Virus record (IMG/VR): IMGVR_UViG_3300023171_000032
Location: 1-35,583 of that record
From: a virus
Lineage: Duplodnaviria; Caudoviricetes
Direction: 5' to 3' (one strand)
Length of the DNA stretch: 35,583 nt
Made by a program: the position numbers and the translations under genes. Under the pieces are notes generated by a model, which saw only the letters and a program-made list of their open reading frames with translations, did no database searches and was not told the origin of the DNA. This document shows positions 1 to 8,155 of the stretch, one piece after another; position 1 is the first letter of the stretch, and every line of letters begins with the position of its first letter.

Positions 1-562
1 GAATAACTTCAAATTTATGATCATGCCAGCATGCAGCATCAAAGAAAAATTCAGACTTGTAACGAGCATCTAACATTTTTCTTTCTTCACTATTTCCAAC
101 TACAGGGGGCAACTGATCAACATCACCGATCATGATTAATTTCAAGTGATTGAATCCGTTTTTTTCAAAGAACCAAAAAATTTGATCCATAATGTCAGCC
201 CGGCACATTGAAACTTCATCAATCAAAAGAAAATCCGCTTTGTTGAATAATCTTCTTTTATCAATTTCCGCTTGATGCCACATGTCAACAGCCATGCCAT
301 CAATAGCAGGGCGTAGGTACTTCACAGAGCCTTTAGATATTGGTCTTGCAGGAAATTGAAACAGGCTGTGAATAGTTTGACCGCTTACGTTAACGGCTGC
401 AATACCTGTTGGTGCTGTGACTAAACACTTACCGGGATTATGCTCAATGAATTTTCTAATCAGTGTTGATTTACCTGATCCAGCTGGTCCAGTTAAGAAT
501 GAATGAACTGATTTATCATGCAGTCTTTCCCACGCATAATCTAAATTGTCTTCTTGTGTCAT
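1..562 (-). CDS. PIF1/RecD-like SF1B helicase, N-terminal part (runs off the window start)
   Basis: Not in the ORF track; translated by hand from ATG at 562: MTQEDNLDYAWERL...FLTGPAGSGKST (Walker A)...TAPTGIAAVNVSGQTIHSLF...LLIDEVSM (Walker B)...IGDVDQLPPV, the typical PIF1/RecD motifs. Confidence 0.92.
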   Translation of the reverse strand, partial: MTQEDNLDYAWERLHDKSVHSFLTGPAGSGKSTLIRKFIEHNPGKCLVTAPTGIAAVNVSGQTIHSLFQFPARPISKGSVKYLRPAIDGMAVDMWHQAEIDKRRLFNKADFLLIDEVSMCRADIMDQIFWFFEKNGFNHLKLIMIGDVDQLPPVVGNSEERKMLDARYKSEFFFDAACWHDHKFEVI

Positions 563-579
563 GGTCTTTTATTTGTTTA

Positions 580-1176
580 TTAAAACATTTTTTGTTGAAT
601 TGTTAATTGATGAAATCTCTTCATTAATTTTTTAAAATACACTTCATTTATTTCACACCCTACTAAATCTAATTCAGCATAATGACAAGCTATTGCAATA
701 GAACCGCTGCCTAAATGAGTATCTAATATCTTATCGCCTTTATTAGCAAATTCTTTTAATAAATAATTATATAATTGAATTGGCTTTTCAGTAGGATGAA
801 ATCTATTCTTATTAGTATTTAAATTGCCATAATAAGCATATTCAAATACTTGAGCATTTTTATCAAAAGAAGACCATGCAAATTCACACCTGGCAAATTG
901 TTTCAATGGTTGTTTTTTATCCCAAATAATAAAATGCTTATGAGGTGGAAGTTTAAAATAATTACCTCCCCAAATTATTTGATTTTTAGAAACCCTAAAA
1001 AGCTCATTGAAATAATATTCAGAAGGCGCTACATTCCATTCACTTGCATTACCGTTTATATTTCTTCCTTTCAAATCACCCCACCCGTATGGCGGATCTA
1101 CGATAGCTAAATCGAAATATTTATCTGGAAAAGATTTCATTAAATCCATGTTATCGCAATTTCTTAAATCTATCAT
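580..1176 (-). CDS. N6-adenine/N4-cytosine DNA methyltransferase (beta class), orphan
   Basis: DPPY catalytic motif near the N-terminus, HPTEKP, and SAM-binding ILDTHLGSGS near the C-terminus. Confidence 0.92.
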   Translation of the reverse strand: MIDLRNCDNMDLMKSFPDKYFDLAIVDPPYGWGDLKGRNINGNASEWNVAPSEYYFNELFRVSKNQIIWGGNYFKLPPHKHFIIWDKKQPLKQFARCEFAWSSFDKNAQVFEYAYYGNLNTNKNRFHPTEKPIQLYNYLLKEFANKGDKILDTHLGSGSIAIACHYAELDLVGCEINEVYFKKLMKRFHQLTIQQKMF

Positions 1177-1523
1177 TGAAATAATCCTTTATTACCTTTA
1201 CTTATTTTAGCTCTTTTTTCTTCAGCAATAAATTCTGCTGACACTTTTAAAATGTGTTCACGTCTTTCAACTTCATCCATTTCAATGATCTTTCCTTCTT
1301 CATACCTCAGATAGATAGATTCAAAAAACTCTAGTACCGTTAAGAAATTTTTATCTGAACTGAATTTCACTATCAACCCTTCACCTCTATTTTTTATGTA
1401 GTGCTCAACATGAAAAATAAATTTGTCAGGGCTGTCTGTCAAATCAGAAACAATATACTTTGTGTTGTCCTTTGCCTGAATGAAATCAACAATGGCTTTG
1501 TAATACGGTTCATCTATTACCAT
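1173..1523 (-). CDS. hypothetical protein
   Basis: 116-aa ORF with a 4-nt overlap to the methyltransferase start. Confidence 0.7.
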   Translation of the reverse strand: MVIDEPYYKAIVDFIQAKDNTKYIVSDLTDSPDKFIFHVEHYIKNRGEGLIVKFSSDKNFLTVLEFFESIYLRYEEGKIIEMDEVERREHILKVSAEFIAEEKRAKISKGNKGLFQ

Positions 1524-1541
1524 AAATTCAATTGATTAGTA

Positions 1542-2390
1542 TCAGAAGAAGGTGTTTTCTTTGCTGTTCCAGAAACCCTGTTGCTTTTCTTCACTGAACT
1601 TTTTTTTTACATTATCAGCAGCCTTTTGCACTAATTCTATTATTCTTTCATTTACATCAACAGGCTGAACTTCATTTTTTAGGTGCCATTGATCTTCAAT
1701 ACCTGCTTCATCGTCATTAGGAGTTATTTTTTTTATATTCTCAAATATAAAACGCTCTTTTAATTCATTGTCACGAGTCAGCACAGCAATCGTTTCTGCA
1801 TCCCGGTCAATGATTGAATTGGCTTTATCTACTTCAGATTGTAGGCCAGACAACTCTATTTTTTTATTATCAATAACCGTTAATAATTGCTGAATCTCCA
1901 TAACGTGAGAAGACATTTTGCCTTCATAATCATCTTTAACTTGCCTTAATAGATCAGCATAATCTCTTGCGTATGCATTTTTTATTTTATCAATTTCAGC
2001 ACCGGATATTGTTGAATTTGATTCTTTATTTATTTCATTGGTAAAGTGAAACACAGAGATAGGCACAATCAAAGCAATTGCAAAAGCAGGTATTAATCCC
2101 CAATCCCATCCTATTGTATCAGCGTAGTAATAGCACGCTATGCCTACTTCAAAGACTGAATAACACTTTGCTACAAAGAAATTTTTACGTAGGGTATAGA
2201 TCATGATAGAGGCTGACACGATGATTGCAACCCCGGCTGATGCTATTTCTCTGTATGGTGAAGAAAACACAGAAAAAGAATGATACACATAATACGTATT
2301 TGGTGCTTGAAATATTACTGTGAATATTGCAACATACAAAATGAACGCATTCGATTTTAGAAAGTCGAGTAACTTGTTTTCTTTTATCAT
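1542..2390 (-). CDS. membrane protein, about 4 N-terminal TM helices plus coiled-coil C-terminus
   Basis: Hydrophobic segments in roughly aa 15-116, then a heptad-like charged region. Confidence 0.75.
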   Translation of the reverse strand: MIKENKLLDFLKSNAFILYVAIFTVIFQAPNTYYVYHSFSVFSSPYREIASAGVAIIVSASIMIYTLRKNFFVAKCYSVFEVGIACYYYADTIGWDWGLIPAFAIALIVPISVFHFTNEINKESNSTISGAEIDKIKNAYARDYADLLRQVKDDYEGKMSSHVMEIQQLLTVIDNKKIELSGLQSEVDKANSIIDRDAETIAVLTRDNELKERFIFENIKKITPNDDEAGIEDQWHLKNEVQPVDVNERIIELVQKAADNVKKKFSEEKQQGFWNSKENTFF

Positions 2391-2401
2391 AATTTCAAAA
2401 A

Positions 2402-2695
2402 TTAGAATTTGACATGAAAGAAAGATCCCTTTGCATCATCGGGATCAGGAAAGATCCCTTTGTGATCCCTGCGCTCTACAAGTTCTTTTATTACATGTTG
2501 AGGGGAATTTGCGAAATGTCCAAATTGAACAATATCACCTTTTTTCATTTCTCCCTTATAAAACCCAGTTGCCTCAATAGCTGATTGAGTATACTGATCT
2601 GTTTCAGGAATTTTTACAGCTTGTGTTTTTACTGTGTGGTACAATCCATCAAATAGAGGGGTGCCCCATGCAGTCATTACTATTACTTTAGTCAT
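2402..2695 (-). CDS. hypothetical protein
   Basis: 97-aa ORF overlapping the upstream gene's stop by 8 nt. Confidence 0.7.
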   Translation of the reverse strand: MTKVIVMTAWGTPLFDGLYHTVKTQAVKIPETDQYTQSAIEATGFYKGEMKKGDIVQFGHFANSPQHVIKELVERRDHKGIFPDPDDAKGSFFHVKF

Positions 2696-3320
2696 GATTT
2701 TGTTTTTGTTTTATTGATAAATATGAATCTATTAAATTCTCGTATTTTTTCCTTGCCTCAATCATTGCTTCATCGTCAATGTTGAAAATAACGGTGTAGG
2801 TATTGAACGGTGCTTTTTTACAGATACCAAAGAAAATGAATTTTTCAGCCTTTGTGCCGTCCATATAAAACACCGCCTGTCTATCGTACCCGTATTCAAA
2901 AATAGATGCTTTGAATTGAGCTAATGAAGTGCAATCAGTGCTTTTTGCATCCCCTATGATCTTTCGTACCCATAGGTCAATTTTGCCTTTACAAGCCATG
3001 TCATAGCGTTCTTCAGTCCACGTATGTACCTGTTCCAATCGGGCTGCAAAATCGTTTCTAAGCAGTGAATAAATAGTGTTTGCGTTCATGGATTTTACCA
3101 TGTTTTCAATCTTGTATTTATTAACTAAATATAAAGAATCAGCTTCAGCTATTTTTGATTCGTAATATTCTGGCTCAAACAAGGCTTCATGCAGTTGATT
3201 GCCAAAGTCAAGAGTTTCTTGTTTGCAGAAAAATTCCGGTTCGCCTCTCAATTGTCTGGCTACTGCTGAAAGTCCACTATTGCTGATTGCCGGGATTTTA
3301 AAGTATGGATCGCTTTGCAT
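2688..3320 (-). CDS. PD-(D/E)XK exonuclease (RecE/ExoVIII, DUF3799-like)
   Basis: YF..PAISNSGL, FGNQLHEALFEPE, CKGKIDL...IGDAKST, YGYDRQAVFY motifs. Confidence 0.85.
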   Translation of the reverse strand: MQSDPYFKIPAISNSGLSAVARQLRGEPEFFCKQETLDFGNQLHEALFEPEYYESKIAEADSLYLVNKYKIENMVKSMNANTIYSLLRNDFAARLEQVHTWTEERYDMACKGKIDLWVRKIIGDAKSTDCTSLAQFKASIFEYGYDRQAVFYMDGTKAEKFIFFGICKKAPFNTYTVIFNIDDEAMIEARKKYENLIDSYLSIKQKQNHD

Positions 3321-3485
3321 CTAATTATTATATTGAACAAGTAAACTAAATACACCATCCGATGATGTATAATGCATTGACACAATAGAAAGATTCATTT
3401 TAGTTCTTTTCCATTGGTAAAAATCTTCTCTGATTTTACCGGGCGTATTTTCTTTCAAAGAAACGCTGAATATTGCTATTTCCAT
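3321..3485 (-). CDS. small hypothetical protein (54 aa)
   Basis: Hand translation MEIAIFSVSLKENTPGKIREDFYQWKRTKMNLSIVSMHYTSSDGVFSLLVQYNN*; fills the gap exactly (TAATG overlap upstream, TAG abutting the next ATG). Confidence 0.7.
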   Translation of the reverse strand: MEIAIFSVSLKENTPGKIREDFYQWKRTKMNLSIVSMHYTSSDGVFSLLVQYNN

Positions 3486-4579
3486 TATCTTGAAACGTTT
3501 GAAAGCTTATCGGTTATTTTAACGCCTGGGATTTCTCTGCATCCGGCCTTTACGGCTTCTTTGATTTTCTTTTCATCGAATGTTTTGTATTCATCCGGTA
3601 GCAAAGACATATCAATGCTTGTGAAGTCAGCCTGATAGGTACGCATAACTGAAGAAGGTTTTTCAACCATTGAGTTTTTCAACTCAGTTTGCATTTGAAC
3701 ATTCAACACTTCATTGGCATGTGAATCAGCAAGCATTTCGTTTATAGAATCTTTTTTAGCTTCTAATTCCTGCTGTTCCGCTTTAATTTTTTCCTGCTGT
3801 TCCGTCTCTAATTTTTCAGCAGCTTCTTTGTTTTTCAAAGATAATTCATGAAGCTGTAGCAATTCCGCTTTTCTATTTTGAAAAAGCGTTTTGCATCGGT
3901 CAAGCATTGCCATTGCATCAGGTAGAAATTCCTGATATACTTCTACTGTTAACTTCCCTTGATTTAATAATTCAATACTAGTATCAATATTTTCACATGT
4001 AGCTGCTGCAATTGAAGTAAGTACATTTCTTTCAAACTGAATGATTTTGTTGGAAATGTTTTGCACCCGGTCTTTTTCATCCTGAATTTTCTTCAGTTCT
4101 GCTTGCCTATCCGCTTCAATTTTATCCTGAAGTTCTTTTGCCTTCCGATCTTTTTCAAGTTGGTAATCGGTCGCTCGTTTGTTTTGCAGTTCAACCAAAT
4201 CAGAAAGTTTTTTGAAAGTGCTTCTTTCTAAATTAATTAAAGCTTTGTCTTCTTCCTTCAATCCTGAAGCCATTAGGAGGCGTTCTGACCCACCCGTTTT
4301 GATAAGGGTCTTAGCCTTCTTCAATGACCCGTTAACCTTCTGAAGGTCTTCATCCGTCTTGATAGGAGGCAATGAAGTAAGTTCATTCTCTAGTACCTCT
4401 ATTTGATTGGTAATTTCTGGATTGAATTCCTTACGGATCAGAATCGCTTTGAATCCTTGGGGGATTGCAATAATAGCACTTGATCTAATATTGGATTCAG
4501 ATTTCAATGCAGCGTAATCGACACCTTGTTCTGTATCTTGTGGTTCATTCAAATGCTTAAACGGATCTTTTTTTGTCAT
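3485..4579 (-). CDS. long coiled-coil protein with a siphovirus Gp157-like C-terminal motif
   Basis: E/K/Q-rich helical body; C-terminus LLPDEYKTFDEKKIKEAVKAGCREIPGVKI; sits in the recombination module. Confidence 0.6.
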   Translation of the reverse strand: MTKKDPFKHLNEPQDTEQGVDYAALKSESNIRSSAIIAIPQGFKAILIRKEFNPEITNQIEVLENELTSLPPIKTDEDLQKVNGSLKKAKTLIKTGGSERLLMASGLKEEDKALINLERSTFKKLSDLVELQNKRATDYQLEKDRKAKELQDKIEADRQAELKKIQDEKDRVQNISNKIIQFERNVLTSIAAATCENIDTSIELLNQGKLTVEVYQEFLPDAMAMLDRCKTLFQNRKAELLQLHELSLKNKEAAEKLETEQQEKIKAEQQELEAKKDSINEMLADSHANEVLNVQMQTELKNSMVEKPSSVMRTYQADFTSIDMSLLPDEYKTFDEKKIKEAVKAGCREIPGVKITDKLSNVSR

Positions 4580-4594
4580 GGTTGTATGGGTTAA

Positions 4595-4918
4595 TTATGC
4601 AAGTAAATTATATACATCAGTCATTTTTACAACTGGAAGTTCTTCTTTCTTGAACTTATTATAAAATTCCTGACACTTTTCAAAATCGAGTTTTTCAATT
4701 TCGTTTATGATACCCACAGCTTCGGTGTACTTATCGGATAAATCCTGAGTAGAAGCAAGAATTACCCCGTGGAGCGTTGTTGCATTTTCTTGTGTTTCAT
4801 CGAACATCTGAACGCTAACAAGTCCCAATGTGCATGGTGAAATGTCCGTTAATCCGGTACGCATTGAATCGAAAGAAAGAATTAAATGAAACTGATTGTT
4901 TTCTTTTACTAAGAACAT
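4595..4918 (-). CDS. hypothetical protein
   Basis: 107-aa ORF directly downstream of a repeated promoter motif. Confidence 0.7.
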   Translation of the reverse strand: MFLVKENNQFHLILSFDSMRTGLTDISPCTLGLVSVQMFDETQENATTLHGVILASTQDLSDKYTEAVGIINEIEKLDFEKCQEFYNKFKKEELPVVKMTDVYNLLA

Positions 4919-4946
4919 AACTTTAATTATTTAATTTAATGATTAA

Positions 4947-4991
4947 CAAATTAGCATTAAATAAATTTAACATCAAAATATTTTATTAAAT
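4947..4991 (-). promoter_or_regulatory. leftward promoter/operator, copy 1
   Basis: Minus strand TTTG-N19-CTAATTTG, resembling the Bacteroidota -33/-7 consensus TTTG...TAnnTTTG; palindrome AAAATATTTT at 4975-4984; 26 bp identical to 8978-9003. Confidence 0.65.
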
Positions 4992-5000
4992 TTATTTTAG

Positions 5001-5068
5001 TACCGGATAGCGGAATCGAACCGCTGTAATGGATATCAGTCACCGTCCTGCCACTAGACGAACCCGGA
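5001..5068 (-). tRNA. atypical or pseudo tRNA (68 nt), shortened anticodon arm, nominal anticodon GAT (Ile)
   Basis: TCCGGGT TC GTCT AGTGGCA GGAC GGTGACTGATATCCATTAC AGCGG TTCGATT CCGCT ATCCGGT A: acceptor (1:72 mismatch), D and T arms present; middle region 19 nt versus 22 in a short-variable-loop tRNA; no encoded CCA. Confidence 0.65.
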
Positions 5069-5074
5069 AAGATT

Positions 5075-5275
5075 TTACTCTGCTGAAGGTGTTAGCATAA
5101 GCCTAGGCTCACTAAACCATTCACTTCTAACAACATTACTTGATGTAGCATCAGCTTCAACCTGATATTGAATTTGTCCGATACTTTCACAACGTGCTGT
5201 AATAGTACCTTTTAAACCAGTTACTGTTTCAGTAACTTTTGCATACATTTCAAATTTGAATATTGGAGTTTCCAT
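5075..5275 (-). CDS. small hypothetical protein (66 aa), beta-rich
   Basis: ATG at 5275 (METPIFKF...) preferred over GTG at 5308, which lies inside the tRNA-like element. Confidence 0.7.
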   Translation of the reverse strand: METPIFKFEMYAKVTETVTGLKGTITARCESIGQIQYQVEADATSSNVVRSEWFSEPRLMLTPSAE

Positions 5276-5304
5276 TTTTGGGGTTTCGATTGGTTTATAT
5301 CGAA

Positions 5305-5361
5305 GCACCGGGGACGGGGATCGAACCCGTGTTACCTACAAGTACCCAATACTTCCCGGTG
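5305..5361 (-). ncRNA. miniature tRNA-like RNA (acceptor stem, one hairpin, T-arm)
   Basis: CACCGGG AAGTA TTGGG TACTT GTAGGTAAC ACGGG TTCGATC CCCGT C CCCGGTG C: 7-bp closing stem, canonical T-arm, only one internal hairpin. Confidence 0.6.
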
Positions 5362-5369
5362 TCATTTAT

Positions 5370-6185
5370 TTATTGTACGCTCTTAAACATACTAGGCGTT
5401 TGCCCGTACACCGGAAGTTTACCGTCCCACTTCTCAATAAATTGTTGCTGAACAATCAAAGGGGTCAACGTTTGCTGTTTTGCTCTGTAAGCATATGCTT
5501 CTGCATCAGCCTGTATTTTTAACGCTGTGGCATCACCTTCAGCCTTGGCTATCTTCTTACGTGCTTCAGCCTCGGTGGTCTTCACCTCGTTATCAATTTG
5601 CATGGCATGCTGTACGGCTGTATTCTTTGCGTTCACCGCTGCAATAATTGTTGCCGGGTATTGCAATCCAGAAGTTAAATTTTCTAAGCTGATACCGTCT
5701 GATTTTAGCTTTCTTCTTAATAAGTCCTCTACACCCTTTTCAAATTGAGCCCGGTGAGATATTACAGAATCAGTTTTAAAGCTATTGAATACTATACGAT
5801 AAGCATCCTGTGTATAGGTGTAAACCGTACTTTCAAACACCTTGTCAACATCTTTCCTGTATTTTCTAAAGATATGAGGCGTTGAGCCAGGGATAACCTT
5901 CAATGATATTTTAGGATCAACCACAAATTCTGAACCGTCTTTATCATTTACGGTGAACGGATCGTAATCAATTGTTTTTACATACAAATCAGTTTCATAA
6001 ACTGTTTCTGTAAAGGGGTTGTACCACACACGACCAGCAGCCAGGGCAATGTCCTGAACGCCTTTTGAACTCCCGTAGTCCTGTACTAAAATCCCTTCAG
6101 CACCTCCATCAATACGGGTGCTACACGAAGACAAAAAACATGAAATAATTGTTGCAATTGCGAAAGCATAAATTACTTTTTTCAT
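5370..6185 (-). CDS. SPFH/band 7/prohibitin-family membrane protein
   Basis: N-terminal hydrophobic segment with possible lipobox (LSSC), RIDGGAEGILV, GRVWYNPFT, AEAR-type coiled coil, QFIEKWDGKLP C-terminus. Confidence 0.9.
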   Translation of the reverse strand: MKKVIYAFAIATIISCFLSSCSTRIDGGAEGILVQDYGSSKGVQDIALAAGRVWYNPFTETVYETDLYVKTIDYDPFTVNDKDGSEFVVDPKISLKVIPGSTPHIFRKYRKDVDKVFESTVYTYTQDAYRIVFNSFKTDSVISHRAQFEKGVEDLLRRKLKSDGISLENLTSGLQYPATIIAAVNAKNTAVQHAMQIDNEVKTTEAEARKKIAKAEGDATALKIQADAEAYAYRAKQQTLTPLIVQQQFIEKWDGKLPVYGQTPSMFKSVQ

Positions 6186-6205
6186 TTTTATTTATTTGGG
6201 TTTAG

Positions 6206-6418
6206 TTAATACGTATTATTTTTTGCTTCTTTTTTTCTTCTATCTTTGTCAAGATCGCATCCAATAAGAAGGGCAGCAATAGAAAACATAACATTCATCA
6301 TGTAGAAAAAAAGAAAACTAACATGATCTAATTCAGACAAAGCAATCATGTACCCCGTCCAAAGAATAAATTGCAATGTTATAAGCAACCTTGTTGCTAT
6401 TTTATACTTACTTATCAT
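6206..6418 (-). CDS. small 2-TM membrane protein
   Basis: Two hydrophobic stretches and a basic tail. Confidence 0.65.
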   Translation of the reverse strand: MISKYKIATRLLITLQFILWTGYMIALSELDHVSFLFFYMMNVMFSIAALLIGCDLDKDRRKKEAKNNTY

Positions 6419-6632
6419 TTTCTCTGATCTTTATGAATTTGCCATAGAGCAAATTTAGCGCAACAATATTGCAGGCAACCCATAGGCACAAACAGGTTAA
6501 GCCTAACAGCAATTGAATATCACTTTTTGCTGATACCAGTGAAGCAATTTCAGTGACACAAAACATTTGAATCACAACCACCGGGATGAATGACATCAGG
6601 CAGTAAATAAGGAATAGATTTTTCTTTTTCAT
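6408..6632 (-). CDS. small 2-TM membrane protein
   Basis: Two hydrophobic stretches; overlaps both neighbours. Confidence 0.65.
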   Translation of the reverse strand: MKKKNLFLIYCLMSFIPVVVIQMFCVTEIASLVSAKSDIQLLLGLTCLCLWVACNIVALNLLYGKFIKIRENDK

Positions 6633-7144
6633 GAAACTTTTTGTTTAATAAAACTTTTAAGGTGATCTATATTTTTAACAGGTAAAGTACTTGTTGATTG
6701 TAAAAACCATTCAGGAAGAAGGTCAAACGCTTCTTTAAATCCAGCTTCTAATTTAGCAATAGTTCCAAAAGACTGAATTGCTAATTGTATTTCTTCACGG
6801 TTTTTATTTATTTCCTTGTGTTTTTGATCGAATTGATCAAGCATTTTTTGAATTTTAATTGCATCCTGTTTTTCAAGTTCTTCAACCTTCATTTGATTAT
6901 AAGAATTTGAAGGACAATTAAGTTGAATATTAGCATGCAAGGCTACATACAAACTTCTTCTTTGAAGGAAGTATTCAGGGTTTGATTTGAATGCATTACG
7001 CACCGCTAATGGCACTAATTTAAGTGCATATTCATTTGCTAATTTTTCAATTTCAGCGCGCAAAGCATTATTCTTTTCAATGTGTGGTTGACAGATTTTG
7101 TTTGCTACTTCCTGAGCAACTAGTTTTGTGATTTTCATGGTCAT
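6629..7144 (-). CDS. Nmad5-like (nucleotide-modification-associated domain 5) phage protein
   Basis: Size and terminal patterns (MKITKLVAQEVANKI...; IQSFGTIAKLEAGFKEAFDLLP) resemble Nmad5 proteins; recognised from memory. Confidence 0.55.
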   Translation of the reverse strand: MTMKITKLVAQEVANKICQPHIEKNNALRAEIEKLANEYALKLVPLAVRNAFKSNPEYFLQRRSLYVALHANIQLNCPSNSYNQMKVEELEKQDAIKIQKMLDQFDQKHKEINKNREEIQLAIQSFGTIAKLEAGFKEAFDLLPEWFLQSTSTLPVKNIDHLKSFIKQKVS

Positions 7145-7173
7145 GGTTATAAAAGTAAAAGTGAATTTTTCAA

Positions 7174-7338
7174 ACCCCTATCATTGCCGTGTTGGTAGAC
7201 CTGACTTATGATAGAGGCTAGGTAACGACCTTCTGAAGTTACCCTATTGTTCCGGCAGTGAGTAGCAAACCCTGCTGCCGGAGTATCACGCATTGAGACC
7301 AATATTTAACCCTGTATATCCGTTCCAAGGTACGTGAT
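7174..7338 (-). ncRNA. structured intergenic RNA with four consecutive stem-loops
   Basis: Stems 7331-7338/7285-7292, 7275-7282/7251-7258, 7238-7246/7219-7226 and 7208-7218/7174-7184; G-U pairs form only on the minus strand. Confidence 0.55.
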
Positions 7339-7348
7339 TTTGTTAGAG

Positions 7349-8029
7349 CTAAAACGGCAACCCCTTCTTTTTAGCACCCGTTGTAGCTGCTGTAGCCTGA
7401 GTACTTGATTGTGAAGTTGATGCAGGTGCTTCACCTCCTAAAGCTTTGTACTCGTCAGAAGATTTAATTTTATTCTGAATAAATTCAGGCAAAGAATTAA
7501 ATACTTCTGTTTTGAACGGAGGATTGAAATTGAACAATGTGCTTTTGTTTGATTGTGCTGGTACTTCTAAGCCGTCTGGCAAAGGCGTAACAGTTGCTAT
7601 ATCATTGTATTGGTTACCGTTTCCGGAAGTCTTAACAACAATATTAGCCATGCACTCACATCCCAATAATTTAACAACATTGAATTTTTTCGCTTCTTCC
7701 TTTGAAGCAAACGGTTCACCCCTCCAAGATTCTAACATCTTTTTGAAGTTGGAATTTCCCATTGAAAACGTGTATTCTTTGTACACAACAAATGGTTCTT
7801 CACCTTTTGCTTCATTGAATACGTGTCTTTGCTTGGGTAATTCAAAACCAATACGGATAAGTTTTTTTCTTACCGGATTACCCTTGAAAGTAGTGTCAAT
7901 TGTTCCAATCAGAACAACACTTACACAGATAGCAGGATGATTGCCAGCAGGCGCAAGGGTAAAACTACCCACATCACCATGCATTTCTTCACCATCAAAT
8001 TCATCAACAATTTCATTTTTATCAGACAT
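7349..8029 (-). CDS. SSB-like phage replication protein (NGO0469/DUF669-like OB fold)
   Basis: APAGNHPAICVSVVLIGT, IGFELP, KMLESWRG, KLLGCECMANI, FNSLPEFIQNKI; low-complexity linker ending LPF. Confidence 0.65.
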   Translation of the reverse strand: MSDKNEIVDEFDGEEMHGDVGSFTLAPAGNHPAICVSVVLIGTIDTTFKGNPVRKKLIRIGFELPKQRHVFNEAKGEEPFVVYKEYTFSMGNSNFKKMLESWRGEPFASKEEAKKFNVVKLLGCECMANIVVKTSGNGNQYNDIATVTPLPDGLEVPAQSNKSTLFNFNPPFKTEVFNSLPEFIQNKIKSSDEYKALGGEAPASTSQSSTQATAATTGAKKKGLPF

Positions 8030-8064
8030 ATCAATCGTGCCATGTTTAACCGCATGGCTCGGGT

Positions 8065-8154
8065 TTAGTTAAATTTATTTATGATATAGTTAATGCCTCC
8101 ATACATGTAACATGATGAAGAAAGTATTATTCCTATTAAAATTATTTTATTCAT
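8065..8154 (-). CDS. small hydrophobic peptide (29 aa)
   Basis: MNKIILIGIILSSSCYMYGGINYIINKFN*; ATG 1 nt after the upstream stop. Confidence 0.5.
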   Translation of the reverse strand: MNKIILIGIILSSSCYMYGGINYIINKFN

Positions 8155-8155
8155 A

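Noticed and set aside
580-1523. Restriction-modification pair
   Set aside because: No recognisable endonuclease next to the methyltransferase; orphan methyltransferases are common in phage replication arms.
5029-5036. Anticodon arm of the atypical tRNA complementary to ATGGATAT at the 9694 start
   Set aside because: An AT-rich 8-mer found after the fact; too likely by chance without covariation data.
5001-5361. tRNA fragments as attP/att sites
   Set aside because: No integrase in the window, and both elements retain 5' and 3' acceptor strands rather than a 3' half only. Cannot be fully excluded.
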